Of a stretch of 64,000 nucleotides of DNA, positions 15,001 to 30,000 are shown in pieces. The DNA is taken from assembly GCA_032718475.1 (NCBI GenBank), contig JAUCBJ010002852.1:1-64000 (forward strand), read 5' to 3'. The position numbers were made by a program, and so were the translations under genes. Numbering within the stretch: the stretch's first letter is position 1; every line of letters begins with the position of its first letter. Source of the DNA: Nemertoderma westbladi (lineage: Eukaryota; Animalia; Xenacoelomorpha). The notes below the pieces were generated by a model. That model was given only the letters and a program-made list of their open reading frames with translations, was not told the origin of the DNA and ran no database searches.

Positions 15001-18000
15001 AGTGTAACTCAAGTGTCGGATGTTACAAGGAATACCGGTGAGAGTGTAACTCACGTGTCGGATGTTACACGGAATACCGGTGAGAGTGTAACTCACGTGT
15101 CGGATGTTACACGGAATACCAGTGAGAGTGTAACTCAAGTGTCGGATGTTACACGGAATACCGGTGAGAGTGTAACTCAAGTGTCGGATGTTACAAGGAA
15201 TACCGGTGAGAGTGTAACTCAAGTGTCGGATGTTACAAGGAATACCGGTGAGAGTGTAACTCAAGTGTCGGATGTTACAAGGAATACCGGTGAGAGTGTA
15301 ACTCAAGTGTCGGATGTTACACGGAATACCAGTGAGAGTGTAACTCAAGTGTCGGATGTTACACGGAATACCAGTGAGAGTGTAACTCAAGTGTCGGATG
15401 TTACACGGAATACCAGTGAGAGTGTAACTCAAGTGTCGGATGTTACACGGAATACCAGTGAGAGTGTAACTCAAGTGTCGGATGTTACACGGAATACCAG
15501 TGAGAGTGTAACTCACGTGTCGGATGTTACACGGAATACCAGTGAGAGTGTAACTCAAGTGTCGGATGTTACACGGAATACCAGTGAGAGTGTAACTCAA
15601 GTGTCGGATGTTACACGGAATACCGGTGAGAGTGTAACTCAAGTGTCGGATGTTACAAGGAATACCGGTGAGAGTGTAACTCACGTGTCGGATGTTACAC
15701 GGAATACCGGTGAGAGTGTAACTCAAGTGTCGGATGTTACAAGGAATACCGGTGAGAGTGTAACTCACGTGTCGGATGTTACACGGAATACCAGTGAGAG
15801 TGTAACTCAAGTGTCGGATGTTACACGGAATACCAGTGAGAGTGTAACTCAAGTGTCGGATGTTACACGGAATACCGGTGAGAGTGTAACTCAAGTGTCG
15901 GATGTTACAAGGAATACCGGTGAGAGTGTAACTCAAGTGTCGGATGTTACAAGGAATACCGGTGAGAGTGTAACTCAAGTGTCGGATGTTACAAGGAATA
16001 CCGGTGAGAGTGTAACTCACGTGTCGGATGTTACACGGAATACCAGTGAGAGTGTAACTCAAGTGTCGGATGTTACACGGAATACCAGTGAGAGTGTAAC
16101 TCAAGTGTCGGATGTTACAAGGAATACCGGTGAGAGTGTAACTCACGTGTCGGATGTTACACGGAATACCAGTGAGAGTGTAACTCAAGTGTCGGATGTT
16201 ACACGGAATACCAGTGAGAGTGTAACTCAAGTGTCGGATGTTACAAGGAATACCGGTGAGAGTGTAACTCAAGTGTCGGATGTTACAAGGAATACCGGTG
16301 AGAGTGTAACTCAAGTGTCGGATGTTACAAGGAATACCGGTGAGAGTGTAACTCACGTGTCGGATGTTACACGGAATACCAGTGAGAGTGTAACTCAAGT
16401 GTCGGATGTTACACGGAATACCAGTGAGAGTGTAACTCAAGTGTCGGATGTTACAAGGAATACCGGTGAGAGTGTAACTCACGTGTCGGATGTTACACGG
16501 AATACCAGTGAGAGTGTAACTCAAGTGTCGGATGTTACACGGAATACCGGTGAGAGTGTAACTCAAGTGTCGGATGTTACAAGGAATACCGGTGAGAGTG
16601 TAACTCAAGTGTCGGATGTTACAAGGAATACCGGTGAGAGTGTAACTCAAGTGTCGGATGTTACAAGGAATACCGGTGAGAGTGTAACTCACGTGTCGGA
16701 TGTTACACGGAATACCAGTGAGAGTGTAACTCAAGTGTCGGATGTTACACGGAATACCAGTGAGAGTGTAACTCAAGTGTCGGATGTTACACGGAATACC
16801 GGTGAGAGTGTAACTCAAGTGTCGGATGTTACAAGGAATACCGGTGAGAGTGTAACTCAAGTGTCGGATGTTACAAGGAATACCAGTGAGAGTGTAACTC
16901 ACGTGTCGGATGTTACACGGAATACCAGTGAGAGTGTAACTCAAGTGTCGGATGTTACACGGAATACCAGTGAGAGTGTAACTCACGTGTCGGATGTTAC
17001 ACGGAATACCAGTGAGAGTGTAACTCAAGTGTCGGATGTTACACGGAATACCAGTGAGAGTGTAACTCAAGTGTCGGATGTTACAAGGAATACCGGTGAG
17101 AGTGTAACTCACGTGTCGGATGTTACACGGAATACCAGTGAGAGTGTAACTCAAGTGTCGGATGTTACACGGAATACCGGTGAGAGTGTAACTCAAGTGT
17201 CGGATGTTACAAGGAATACCGGTGAGAGTGTAACTCAAGTGTCGGATGTTACACGGAATACCAGTGAGAGTGTAACTCAAGTGTCGGATGTTACACGGAA
17301 TACCGGTGAGAGTGTAACTCAAGTGTCGGATGTTACAAGGAATACCGGTGAGAGTGTAACTCAAGTGTCGGATGTTACAAGGAATACCGGTGAGAGTGTA
17401 ACTCAAGTGTCGGATGTTACAAGGAATACCGGTGAGAGTGTAACTCACGTGTCGGATGTTACACGGAATACCAGTGAGAGTGTAACTCAAGTGTCGGATG
17501 TTACAAGGAATACCGGTGAGAGTGTAACTCACGTGTCGGATGTTACACGGAATACCAGTGAGAGTGTAACTCAAGTGTCGGATGTTACACGGAATACCAG
17601 TGAGAGTGTAACTCAAGTGTCGGATGTTACACGGAATACCAGTGAGAGTGTAACTCAAGTGTCGGATGTTACACGGAATACCAGTGAGAGTGTAACTCAC
17701 GTGTCGGATGTTACACGGAATACCAGTGAGAGTGTAACTCAAGTGTCGGATGTTACACGGAATACCAGTGAGAGTGTAACTCAAGTGTCGGATGTTACAC
17801 GGAATACCAGTGAGAGTGTAACTCAAGTGTCGGATGTTACAAGGAATACCGGTGAGAGTGTAACTCACGTGTCGGATGTTACACGGAATACCAGTGAGAG
17901 TGTAACTCAAGTGTCGGATGTTACAAGGAATACCGGTGAGAGTGTAACTCAAGTGTCGGATGTTACACGGAATACCAGTGAGAGTGTAACTCACGTGTCG

Positions 18001-21000
18001 GATGTTACACGGAATACCAGTGAGAGTGTAACTCAACTGTTCGGATGTTACACGGAATACCAGTGAGAGTGTAACTCACGTGTCGGATGTTACACGGAAT
18101 ACCAGTGAGAGTGTAACTCAAGTGTCGGATGTTACAAGGAATACCAGTGAGAGTGTAACTCAAGTGTCGGATGTTACACGGAATACCAGTGAGAGTGTAA
18201 CTCACGTGTCGGATGTTACACGGAATACCAGTGAGAGTGTAACTCAACTGTTGGATGTTACACGGAATACCAGTGAGAGTGTAACTCAAGTGTTGGATGT
18301 TACAAGGAATACCGGTGAGAGTGTAACTCACGTGTCGGATGTTACACGGAATACCAGTGAGAGTGTAACTCACGTGTCGGATGTTACACGGAATACCAGT
18401 GAGAGTGTAACTCACGTGTCGGATGTTACACGGAATACCAGTGAGAGTGTAACTCAACTGTTGGATGTTACACGGAATACCAGTGAGAGTGTAACTCAAG
18501 TGTCGGATGTTACAAGGAATACCGGTGAGAGTGTAACTCAAGTATCGGATGTTACACGGAATACCGGTGAGAGTGTAACTCAAGTGTCGGATGTTACAAG
18601 GAATACCGGTGAGAGTGTAACTCACGTGTCGGATGTTACACGGAATACCAGTGAGAGTGTAACTCAAGTGTCGGATGTTACAAGGAATACCGGTGAGAGT
18701 GTAACTCACGTGTCGGATGTTACACGGAATACCAGTGAGAGTGTAACTCAAGTGTCGGATGTTACAAGGAATACCGGTGAGAGTGTAACTCAAGTGTCGG
18801 ATGTTACAAGGAATACCGGTGAGAGTGTAACTCACGTGTCGGATGTTACACGGAATACCAGTGAGAGTGTAACTCAAGTGTCGGATGTTACAAGGAATAC
18901 CGGTGAGAGTGTAACTCACGTGTCGGATGTTACACGGAATACCAGTGAGAGTGTAACTCAAGTGTCGGATGTTACAAGGAATACCGGTGAGAGTGTAACT
19001 CAAGTGTCGGTTGTTACACGGAATACCAATGAGAGTGTAACTCAAGTGTCGGATGTTACAAGGAATACCGGTGAGAGTGTAACTCACGTGTCGGATGTTA
19101 CACGGAATACCAGTGGGATTGTAACTCAAGTGTCGGATGTTACACGGAATACCAGTGAGAGTGTAACTCAAGTGTCGGATGTTACACGGAATACCAATGA
19201 GAGTGTAACTCAAGTGTCGGATGTTACACGGAATACCAATGAGAGTGTAACTCAAGTGTCGGATGTTACACGGAATACCAGTGAGAGTGTAACTCAAGTG
19301 TCGGATGTTACACGGAATACCAGTGAGAGTGTAACTCAAGTGTCGGATGTTACACGGAATACCAGTGAGAGTGTAACTCAAGTGTCGGATGTTACACGGA
19401 ATACCAGTGAGAGTGTAACTCAAGTGTCGGATGTTACACGGAATACCAGTGAGAGTGTAACTCAAGTGTCGGATGTTACACGGAATACCAGTGAGAGTGT
19501 AACTCAAGTGTCGGATGTTACAAGGAATACCGGTGAGAGTGTAACTCACGTGTCGGATGTTACACGGAATACCAGTGAGAGTGTAACTCAAGTGTCGGAT
19601 GTTACAAGGAATACCGGTGAGAGTGTAACTCACGTGTCGGATGTTACACGGAATACCAGTGGGATTGTAACTCAAGTGTCGGATGTTACAAGGAATACCG
19701 GTGAGAGTGTAACTCACGTGTCGGATGTTACAAGGAATACCGGTGAGAGTGTAACTCAAGTGTCGGATGTTACAAGGAATACCGGTGAGAGTGTAACTCA
19801 CGTGTCGGATGTTACACGGAATACCAGTGAGAGTGTAACTCAAGTGTCGGTTGTTACACGGAATACCAATGAGAGTGTAACTCAAGTATCGGATGTTACA
19901 CGGAATACCAATGAGAGTGTAACTCAAGTGTCGGATGTTACACGGAATACCAGTGAGAGTGTAACTCAAGTGTCGGATGTTACACGGAATACCAGTGAGA
20001 GTGTAACTCAAGTGTCGGATGTTACACGGAATACCAGTGAGAGTGTAACTCAAGTGTCGGATGTTACACGGAATACCAGTGAGAGTGTAACTCAAGTGTC
20101 GGATGTTACAAGGAATACCGGTGAGAGTGTAACTCACGTGTCGGATGTTACAAGGAATACCGGTGAGAGTGTAACTCACGTGTCGGATGTTACACGGAAT
20201 ACCAGTGAGAGTGTAACTCAAGTGTCGGTTGTTACACGGAATACCAATGAGAGTGTAACTCAAGTATCGGATGTTACACGGAATACCAGTGAGAGTGTAA
20301 CTCAAGTGTCGGATGTTACACGGAATACCAGTGAGAGTGTAACTCAAGTGTCGGATGTTACACGGAATACCAGTGAGAGTGTAACTCAAGTGTCGGATGT
20401 TACACGGAATACCAGTGAGAGTGTAACTCAAGTGTCGGATGTTACACGGAATACCAGTGAGAGTGTAACTCAAGTGTCGGATGTTACAAGGAATACCGGT
20501 GAGAGTGTAACTCACGTGTCGGATGTTACACGGAATACCAGTGAGAGTGTAACTCAAGTGTCGGTTGTTACACGGAATACCAATGAGAGTGTAACTCAAG
20601 TGTCGGTTGTTACACGGAATACCGGTGAGAGTGTAACTCAAGTGTCGGTTGTTACACGGAATACCAATGAGAGTGTAACTCAAGTGTCGGTTGTTACACG
20701 GAATACCAATGAGAGTGTAACTCAAGTGTCGGTTGTTACACGGAATACCAGTGAGAGTGTAACTCAAGTGTCGGATGTTACAAGGAATACCGGTGAGAGT
20801 GTAACTCAAGTGTCGGATGTTACAAGGAATACCGGTGAGAGTGTAACTCAAGTGTCGGTTGTTACACGGAATACCAGTGAGAGTGTAACTCAAGTGTCGG
20901 TTGTTACACGGAATACCAGTGAGAGTGTAACTCAAGTGTCGGATGTTACACGGAATACCGGTGAGAGTGTAACTCACGTGTCGGATGTTACACGGAATAC

Positions 21001-24000
21001 CAGTGAGAGTGTAACTCAAGTGTCGGATGTTACACGGAATACCAGTGAGAGTGTAACTCAAGTGTCGGATGTTACACGGAATACCAGTGAGAGTGTAACT
21101 CAAGTGTCGGATGTTACACGGAATACCGGTGAGAGTGTAACTCACGTGTCGGATGTTACACGGAATACCAGTGAGAGTGTAACTCAAGTGTCGGATGTTA
21201 CACGGAATACCAGTGAGAGTGTAACTCAAGTGTCGGATGTTACACGGAATACCAGTGAGAGTGTAACTCAAGTGTCGGATGTTACACGGAATACCAGTGA
21301 GAGTGTAACTCAAGTGTCGGATGTTACACGGAATACCGGTGAGAGTGTAACACAAGTGTCGGATGTTACACGGAATACCAGTGAGAGTGTAACTCAAGTG
21401 TCGGATGTTACACGGAATACCAGTGAGAGTGTAACTCAAGTGTTGGATGTTACACGGAATACCAGTGAGAGTGTAACTCAAGTGTCGGGTGTTACACGGA
21501 ATACCAGTGAGAGTGTAACTCAAGTGTCGGATGTTACACGGAATACCAGTGAGAGTGTAACTCAAGTGTCGGATGTTACACGGAATACCAGTGAGAGTGT
21601 AACTCAAGTGTCGGATGTTACACGGAATACCAGTGAGAGTGTAACTCAAGTGTCGGATGTTACACGGAATACCAATGAGAGTGTAACTCAAGTGTCGGAT
21701 GTTACACGGAATACCGGTGAGAGTGTAACTCAAGTGTCGGATGTTACACGGAATACCAGTGAGAGTGTAACTCAAGTGTCGGATGTTACACGGAATACCA
21801 GTGAGAGTGTAACTCAAGTATCGGATGTTACACGGAATACCAGTGAGAGTGTAACTCAAGTGTCGGATGTTACACGGAATACCAGTGAGAGTGTAACTCA
21901 AGTGTCGGATGTTACACGGAATACCAGTGAGAGTGTAACTCACGTGTCGGATGTTACACGGAATACCGGTGAGAGTGTAACTCAAGTGTCGGATGTTACA
22001 CGGAATACCAGTGAGAGTGTAACTCAAGTGTCGGATGTTACACGGAATACCAGTGAGAGTGTAACTCAAGTGTTGGATGTTACACGGAATACCAGTGAGA
22101 GTGTAACTCAAGAGTCGGTTGTTACACGGAATACCAGTGGGATTGTAACTCAAGTGTCGGTTGTTACACGGAATACCAGTGGGATTGTAACTCAAGTGTC
22201 GGATGTTACACGCAATACCAGTGAGAGTGTAACTCAAGTGTCGGATGTTACACGGAATACCAGTGAGAGTGTAACTCAAGTGTCGGATGTTACACGGAAT
22301 ACCAGTGAGAGTGTAACTCAAGTATCGGATGTTACACGGAATACCAGTCAGAGTGTAACTCAAGTGTCGGATGTTACACGGAATACCAGTGAGAGTGTAA
22401 CTCAAGTGTCGGATGTTACACGGAATACCAGTGAGAGTGTAACTCAAGTGTCGGATGTTACACGCAATACCAGTGAGAGTGTAACTCAAGTGTCGGATGT
22501 TACACGGAATACCAGTGAGAGTGTAACTCAAGTGTCGGATGTTACACGGAATACCAGTGAGAGTGTAACTCAAGTGTCGGATGTTACACGGAATACCAGT
22601 GAGAGTGTAACTCAAGTGTCGGATGTTACACGCAATACCAGTGAGAGTGTAACTCAAGTGTCGGATGTTACACGCAATACCAGTGAGAGTGTAACTCAAG
22701 TATCGGATGTTACACGGAATACCAGTGAGAGTGTAACTCAAGTGTCGGATGTTACACGGAATACCAGTGAGAGTGTAACTCAAGTGTCGGATGTTACACG
22801 CAATACCAGTGAGAGTGTAACTCAAGTGTCGGATGTTACACGGAATACCAGTGAGAGTGTAACTCAAGTGTCGGATGTTACACGGAATACCAGTGAGAGT
22901 GTAACTCAAGTGTCGGTGTTACACGGAATACCAGTGAGAGTGTAACTCAAGTGTCGGATGTTATACGGAATACCAGTGAGAGTGTAACTCAAGTGTCGGT
23001 TGTTACACGGAATACCAGTGAGAGTGTAACTCAAGTGTCGGATGTTACACGGAATACCAATGAGAGTGTAACTCAAGTATCGGATGTTACACGGAATACC
23101 AGTGAGAGTGTAACTCAAGTGTCGGGTGTTACACGGAATACCAGTGGGATTGTAACTCAAGTGTCGGATGTTACACGGAATACCAGTGAGAGTGTAACTC
23201 AAGTGTCGGATGTTACACGGAATACCAGTGAGAGTGTAACTCAAGTGTCGAATGTTACACGGAATACCAATGAGAGTGTAACTCAAGTATCGGATGTTAC
23301 ACGGAATACCAATGAGAGTGTAACTCAAGTATCGGATGTTACACGGAATACCAGTGAGAGTGTAACTCAAGTGTCGGATGTTACACGGAATACCAATGAG
23401 AGTGTAACTCAAGTGTCGGATGTTACACGGAATACCAATGAGAGTGTAACTCAAGTATCGGATGTTACACGGAATACCAGTCAGAGTGTAACTCAAGTGT
23501 CGGATGTTACACGGAATACCAGTGGGATTGTAACTCAAGTGTCGGATGTTACACGGAATACCAGTGAGAGTGTAACTCAAGTGTCGGATGTTACACGGAA
23601 TACCAGTGAGAGTGTAACTCAAGTGTCGGTTGTTACACGGAATACCAGTGAGAGTGTAACTCAAGTGTCGGATGTTACACGGAATACCAATGAGAGTGTA
23701 ACTCAAGTATCGGATGTTACACGGAATACCAATGAGAGTGTAACTCAAGTATCGGATGTTACACGGAATACCAGTGAGAGTGTAACTCAAGTGTCGGTTG
23801 TTACACGGAATACCAGTGAGAGTGTAACTCAAGTGTCGGATGTTACACGGAATACCAATGAGAGTGTAACTCAAGTATCGGATGTTACACGGAATACCAG
23901 TGAGAGTGTAACTCAAGTGTCGGATGTTACACGGAATACCAGTGGGATTGTAACTCAAGTGTCGGATGTTACACGGAATACCAGTGAGAGTGTAACTCAA

Positions 24001-27000
24001 GTGTCGGATGTTACACGGAATACCAGTGAGAGTGTAACTCAAGTGTCGGATGTTACACGGAATACCAATGAGAGTGTAACTCAAGTGTCGGATGTTACAC
24101 GGAATACCAATGAGAGTGTAACTCAAGTATCGGATGTTACACGGAATACCAATGAGAGTGTAACTCAAGTATCGGATGTTACACGGAATACCAGTGAGAG
24201 TGTAACTCAAGTGTCGGATGTTACACGGAATACCAATGAGAGTGTAACTCAAGTGTCGGATGTTACACGGAATACCAATGAGAGTGTAACTCAAGTATCG
24301 GATGTTACACGGAATACCAGTCAGAGTGTAACTCAAGTGTCGGATGTTACACGGAATACCAGTGAGAGTGTAACTCAAGTGTCGGTTGTTACACGGAATA
24401 CCAGTGAGAGTGTAACTCAAGTGTCGGATGTTACACGGAATACCAATGAGAGTGTAACTCAAGTGTCGGATGTTACACGGAATACCAATGAGAGTGTAAC
24501 TCAAGTGTCGGATGTTACACGGAATACCAATGAGAGTGTAACTCAAGTATCGGATGTTACACGGAATACCAGTGAGAGTGTAACTCAAGTGTCGGATGTT
24601 ACACGGAATACCAATGAGAGTGTAACTCAAGTGTCGGATGTTACACGGAATACCAATGAGAGTGTAACTCAAGTATCGGATGTTACACGGAATACCAGTC
24701 AGAGTGTAACTCAAGTGTCGGATGTTACACGGAATACCAGTGAGAGTGTAACTCAAGTGTCGGTTGTTACACGGAATACCAGTGAGAGTGTAACTCAAGT
24801 GTCGGATGTTACACGGAATACCAATGAGAGTGTAACTCAAGTATCGGATGTTACACGGAATACCAATGAGAGTGTAACTCAAGTATCGGATGTTACACGG
24901 AATACCAATGAGAGTGTAACTCAAGTATCGGATGTTACACGGAATACCAGTCAGAGTGTAACTCAAGTGTCGGATGTTACACGGAATACCAGTGAGAGTG
25001 TAACTCAAGTGTCGGTTGTTACACGGAATACCAGTGAGAGTGTAACTCAAGTGTCGGATGTTACACGGAATACCAATGAGAGTGTAACTCAAGTATCGGA
25101 TGTTACACGGAATACCAATGAGAGTGTAACTCAAGTATCGGATGTTACACGGAATACCAATGAGAGTGTAACTCAAGTATCGGATGTTACACGGAATACC
25201 AGTGAGAGTGTAACTCAAGTATCGGATGTTACACGGAATACCAGTGAGAGTGTAACTCAAGTGTCGGATGTTACACGGAATACCAGTGAGAGTGTAACTC
25301 AAGTGTCGGATGTTACACGGAATACCAATGAGAGTGTAACTCAAGTGTCGGATGTTACACGGAATACCAATGAGAGTGTAACTCAAGTATCAGATGTTAC
25401 ACGGAATACCAATGAGAGTGTAACTCAAGTATCGGATGTTACACGGAATACCAATGAGAGTGTAACTCAAGTATCGGATGTTACACGGAATACCAGTGAG
25501 AGTGTAACTCAAGTGTCGGATGTTACACGGAATACCAGTGAGAGTGTAACTCAAGTGTCGGATGTTACACGGAATACCAATGAGAGTGTAACTCAAGTGT
25601 CGGATGTTACACGGAATACCAATGAGAGTGTAACTCAAGTGTCGGATGTTACACGGAATACCAATGAGAGTGTAACTCAAGTATCGGATGTTACACGGAA
25701 TACCAATGAGAGTGTAACTCAAGTATCGGATGTTACACGGAATACCAATGAGAGTGTAACTCAAGTATCGGATGTTACACGGAATACCAGTGAGAGTGTA
25801 ACTCAAGTGTCGGATGTTACACGGAATACCAGTCAGAGTGTAACTCAAGTGTCGGATGTTACACGGAATACCAGTGAGAGTGTAACTCAAGTGTCGGATG
25901 TTACACGGAATACCAATGAGAGTGTAACTCAAGTGTCGGATGTTACACGGAATACCAATGAGAGTGTAACTCAAGTATCGGATGTTACACGGAATACCAG
26001 TCAGAGTGTAACTCAAGTGTCGGATGTTACACGGAATACCAGTGAGAGTGTAACTCAAGTGTCGGTTGTTACACGGAATACCAGTGAGAGTGTAACTCAA
26101 GTGTCGGATGTTACACGGAATACCAATGAGAGTGTAACTCAAGTATCGGATGTTACACGGAATACCAATGAGAGTGTAACTCAAGTATCGGATGTTACAC
26201 GGAATACCAATGAGAGTGTAACTCAAGTATCGGATGTTACACGGAATACCAGTGAGAGTGTAACTCAAGTATCGGATGTTACACGGAATACCAGTGAGAG
26301 TGTAACTCAAGTGTCGGTTGTTACACGGAATACCAGTGAGAGTGTAACTCAAGTGTCGGATGTTACACGGAATACCAATGAGAGTGTAACTCAAGTATCG
26401 GATGTTACACGGAATACCAGTGAGAGTGTAACTCAAGTGTCGGATGTTACACGGAATACCAGTGGGATTGTAACTCAAGTGTCGGATGTTACACGGAATA
26501 CCAGTGAGAGTGTAACTCAAGTGTCGGATGTTACACGGAATACCGGTGAGAGTGTAACTCAAGTGTCGGATGTTACACGGAATACCAGTGAGAGTGTAAC
26601 TCAAGTGTCGGATGTTACACGGAATACCAGTGAGAGTGTAACTCAAGTGTCGGATGTTACACGGAATACCAGTGAGAGTGTAACTCAAGTGTCGGATGTT
26701 ACACGGAATACCAGTGGGATTGTAACTCAAGTGTCGGATGTTACACGGAATACCAGTGAGAGTGTAACTCAAGTGTCGGATGTTACACGGAATACCGGTG
26801 AGAGTGTAACTCAAGTATCGGATGTTACACGGAATACCAATGAGAGTGTAACTCAAGTATCGGATGTTACACGGAATACCAGTGAGAGTGTAACTCAAGT
26901 ATCGGATGTTACACGGAATACCAGTGAGAGTGTAACTCAAGTGTCGGTTGTTACACGGAATACCAGTGAGAGTGTAACTCAAGTGTCGGATGTTACACGG

Positions 27001-30000
27001 AATACCGGTGAGAGTGTAACTCAAGTATCGGATGTTACACGGAATACCAGTGAGAGTGTAACTCAAGTGTCGGTTGTTACACGGAATACCAGTGAGAGTG
27101 TAACTCAAGTGTCGGTTGTTACACGGAATACCAGTGAGAGTGTAACTCAAGTGTCGGTTGTTACACGGAATACCAGTGAGAGTGTAACTCAAGTGTCGGA
27201 TGTTACACGGAATACCAGTGAGAGTGTAACTCAAGTGTCGGATGTTACACGGAATACCAGTGGGATTGTAACTCAAGTGTCGGATGTTACACGGAATACC
27301 AGTGAGAGTGTAACTCAAGTGTCGGATGTTACACGGAATACCGGTGAGAGTGTAACTCAAGTATCGGATGTTACACGGAATACCAATGAGAGTGTAACTC
27401 AAGTATCGGATGTTACACGGAATACCAGTGAGAGTGTAACTCAAGTATCGGATGTTACACGGAATACCAGTGAGAGTGTAACTCAAGTGTCGGTTGTTAC
27501 ACGGAATACCAGTGAGAGTGTAACTCAAGTGTCGGATGTTACACGGAATACCAATGAGAGTGTAACTCAAGTATCGGATGTTACACGGAATACCAGTGAG
27601 AGTGTAACTCAAGTGTCGGATGTTACACGGAATACCAGTGGGATTGTAACTCAAGTGTCGGATGTTACACGGAATACCAGTGAGAGTGTAACTCAAGTGT
27701 CGGATGTTACACGGAATACCGGTGAGAGTGTAACTCAAGTGTCGGATGTTACACGGAATACCAGTGAGAGTGTAACTCAAGTGTCGGATGTTACACGGAA
27801 TACCAGTGAGAGTGTAACTCAAGTGTCGGATGTTACACGAAATACCAGTGAGAGTGTAACTCAAGTGTCGGATGTTAAACGCAATACCAGTGAGAGTGTA
27901 ACTCAAGTGTCGGATGTTACACGGAATACCAGTGAGAGTGTAACTCAAGTGTCGGATGTTACACGGAATACCAGTGAGAGTGTAACTCAAGTGTCGGATG
28001 TTACACGGAATACCAGTGAGAGTGTAACTCAAGTGTCGGATGTTACACGGAATACCAGTGAGAGTGTAACTCAAGTATCGGATGTTACACGGAATACCAG
28101 TGAGAGTGTAACTCAAGTGTCGGATGTTACACGGAATACCAGTGAGAGTGTAACTCAAGTATCGGATGTTACACGGAATACCAGTGAGAGTGTAACTCAA
28201 GTGTCGGATGTTACACGGAATACCAGTGAGAGTGTAACTCACGTGTCGGATGTTACACGGAATACCAGTGAGAGTGTAACTCAAGTGTTGGATGTTACAC
28301 GGAATACCGGTGAGAGTGTAACTCAAGTGTCGGATGTTACACGGAATACCAGTGAGAGTGTAACTCAAGTGTCGGATGTTACACGGAATACCAGTGAGAG
28401 TGTAACTCAAGTGTCGGATGTTACACGGAATACCAGTGAGAGTGTAACTCAAGTGTCGGATGTTACACGGAATACCGGTGAGAGTGTAACTCAAGTGTCG
28501 GATGTTACACGGAATACCGGTGAGAGTGTAACTCAAGTGTCGGATGTTACACGGAATACCAATGAGAGTGTAACTCAAGTGTCGGTTGTTACACTGAATA
28601 CCAGTCAGAGTGTAACTCAAGTGTCGGATGTTACACGGAATACCAGTGAGAGTGTAACTCAAGTGTCGGATGTTACACGGAATACCAGTGAGAGTGTAAC
28701 TCAAGTGTTGGATGTTACACGGAATACCAGTGGGATTGTAACTCAAGTGTCGGATGTTACACGGAATACCGGTGAGAGTGTAACTCAAGTGTCGGATGTT
28801 ACACGGAATACCAATGAGAGTGTAACTCAAGTGTCGGTTGTTACACTGAATACCAGTCAGAGTGTAACTCAAGTGTCGGATGTTACACGGAATACCAGTG
28901 AGAGTGTAACTCAAGTGTCGGATGTTACACGGAATACCAGTGAGAGTGTAACTCAAGTGTTGGATGTTACACGGAATACCAGTGGGATTGTAACTCAAGT
29001 GTCGGATGTTACACGGAATACCAGTGAGAGTGTAACTCAAGTGTCGGATGTTACACGGAATACCAGTGAGAGTGTAACTCAAGTGTCGGTTGTTACACGG
29101 AATACCAGTCAGAGTGTAACTCAAGTATCGGATGTTACACGGAATACCAGTGAGAGTGTAACTCAAGTGTCGGTTGTTACACGGAATACCAGTCAGAGTG
29201 TAACTCAAGTATCGGATGTTACACGGAATACCAGTGAGAGTGTAACTCAAGTGTCGGTTGTTACACGGAATACCAATGAGAGTGTAACTCAAGTATCGGA
29301 TGTTACACGGAATACCAGTGAGAGTGTAACTCAAGTATCGGATGTTACACGCAATACCAGTGGGATTGTAACTCAAGTGTCGGATGTTACACGGAATACC
29401 AGTGAGAGTGTAACTCAAGTATCGGATGTTACACGCAATACCAGTGGGATTGTAACTCAAGTGTCGGATGTTACACGGAATACCAGTCAGAGTGTAACTC
29501 AAGTGTCGGATGTTACACGGAATACCAGTGAGAGTGTAACTCAAGTGTCGGTTGTTACACGGAATACCAGTGAGAGTGTAACTCAAGTGTCGGATGTTAC
29601 ACGGAATACCAATGAGAGTGTAACTCAAGTATCGGATGTTACACGGAATACCAATGAGAGTGTAACTCAAGTATCGGATGTTACACGGAATACCAATGAG
29701 AGTGTAACTCAAGTATCGGATGTTACACGGAATACCAGTGAGAGTGTAACTCAAGTATCGGATGTTACACGGAATACCAGTGAGAGTGTAACTCAAGTGT
29801 CGGATGTTACACGGAATACCAGTGAGAGTGTAACTCAAGTGTCGGATGTTACACGGAATACCAATGAGAGTGTAACTCAAGTGTCGGATGTTACACGGAA
29901 TACCAATGAGAGTGTAACTCAAGTATCAGATGTTACACGGAATACCAATGAGAGTGTAACTCAAGTATCGGATGTTACACGGAATACCAATGAGAGTGTA

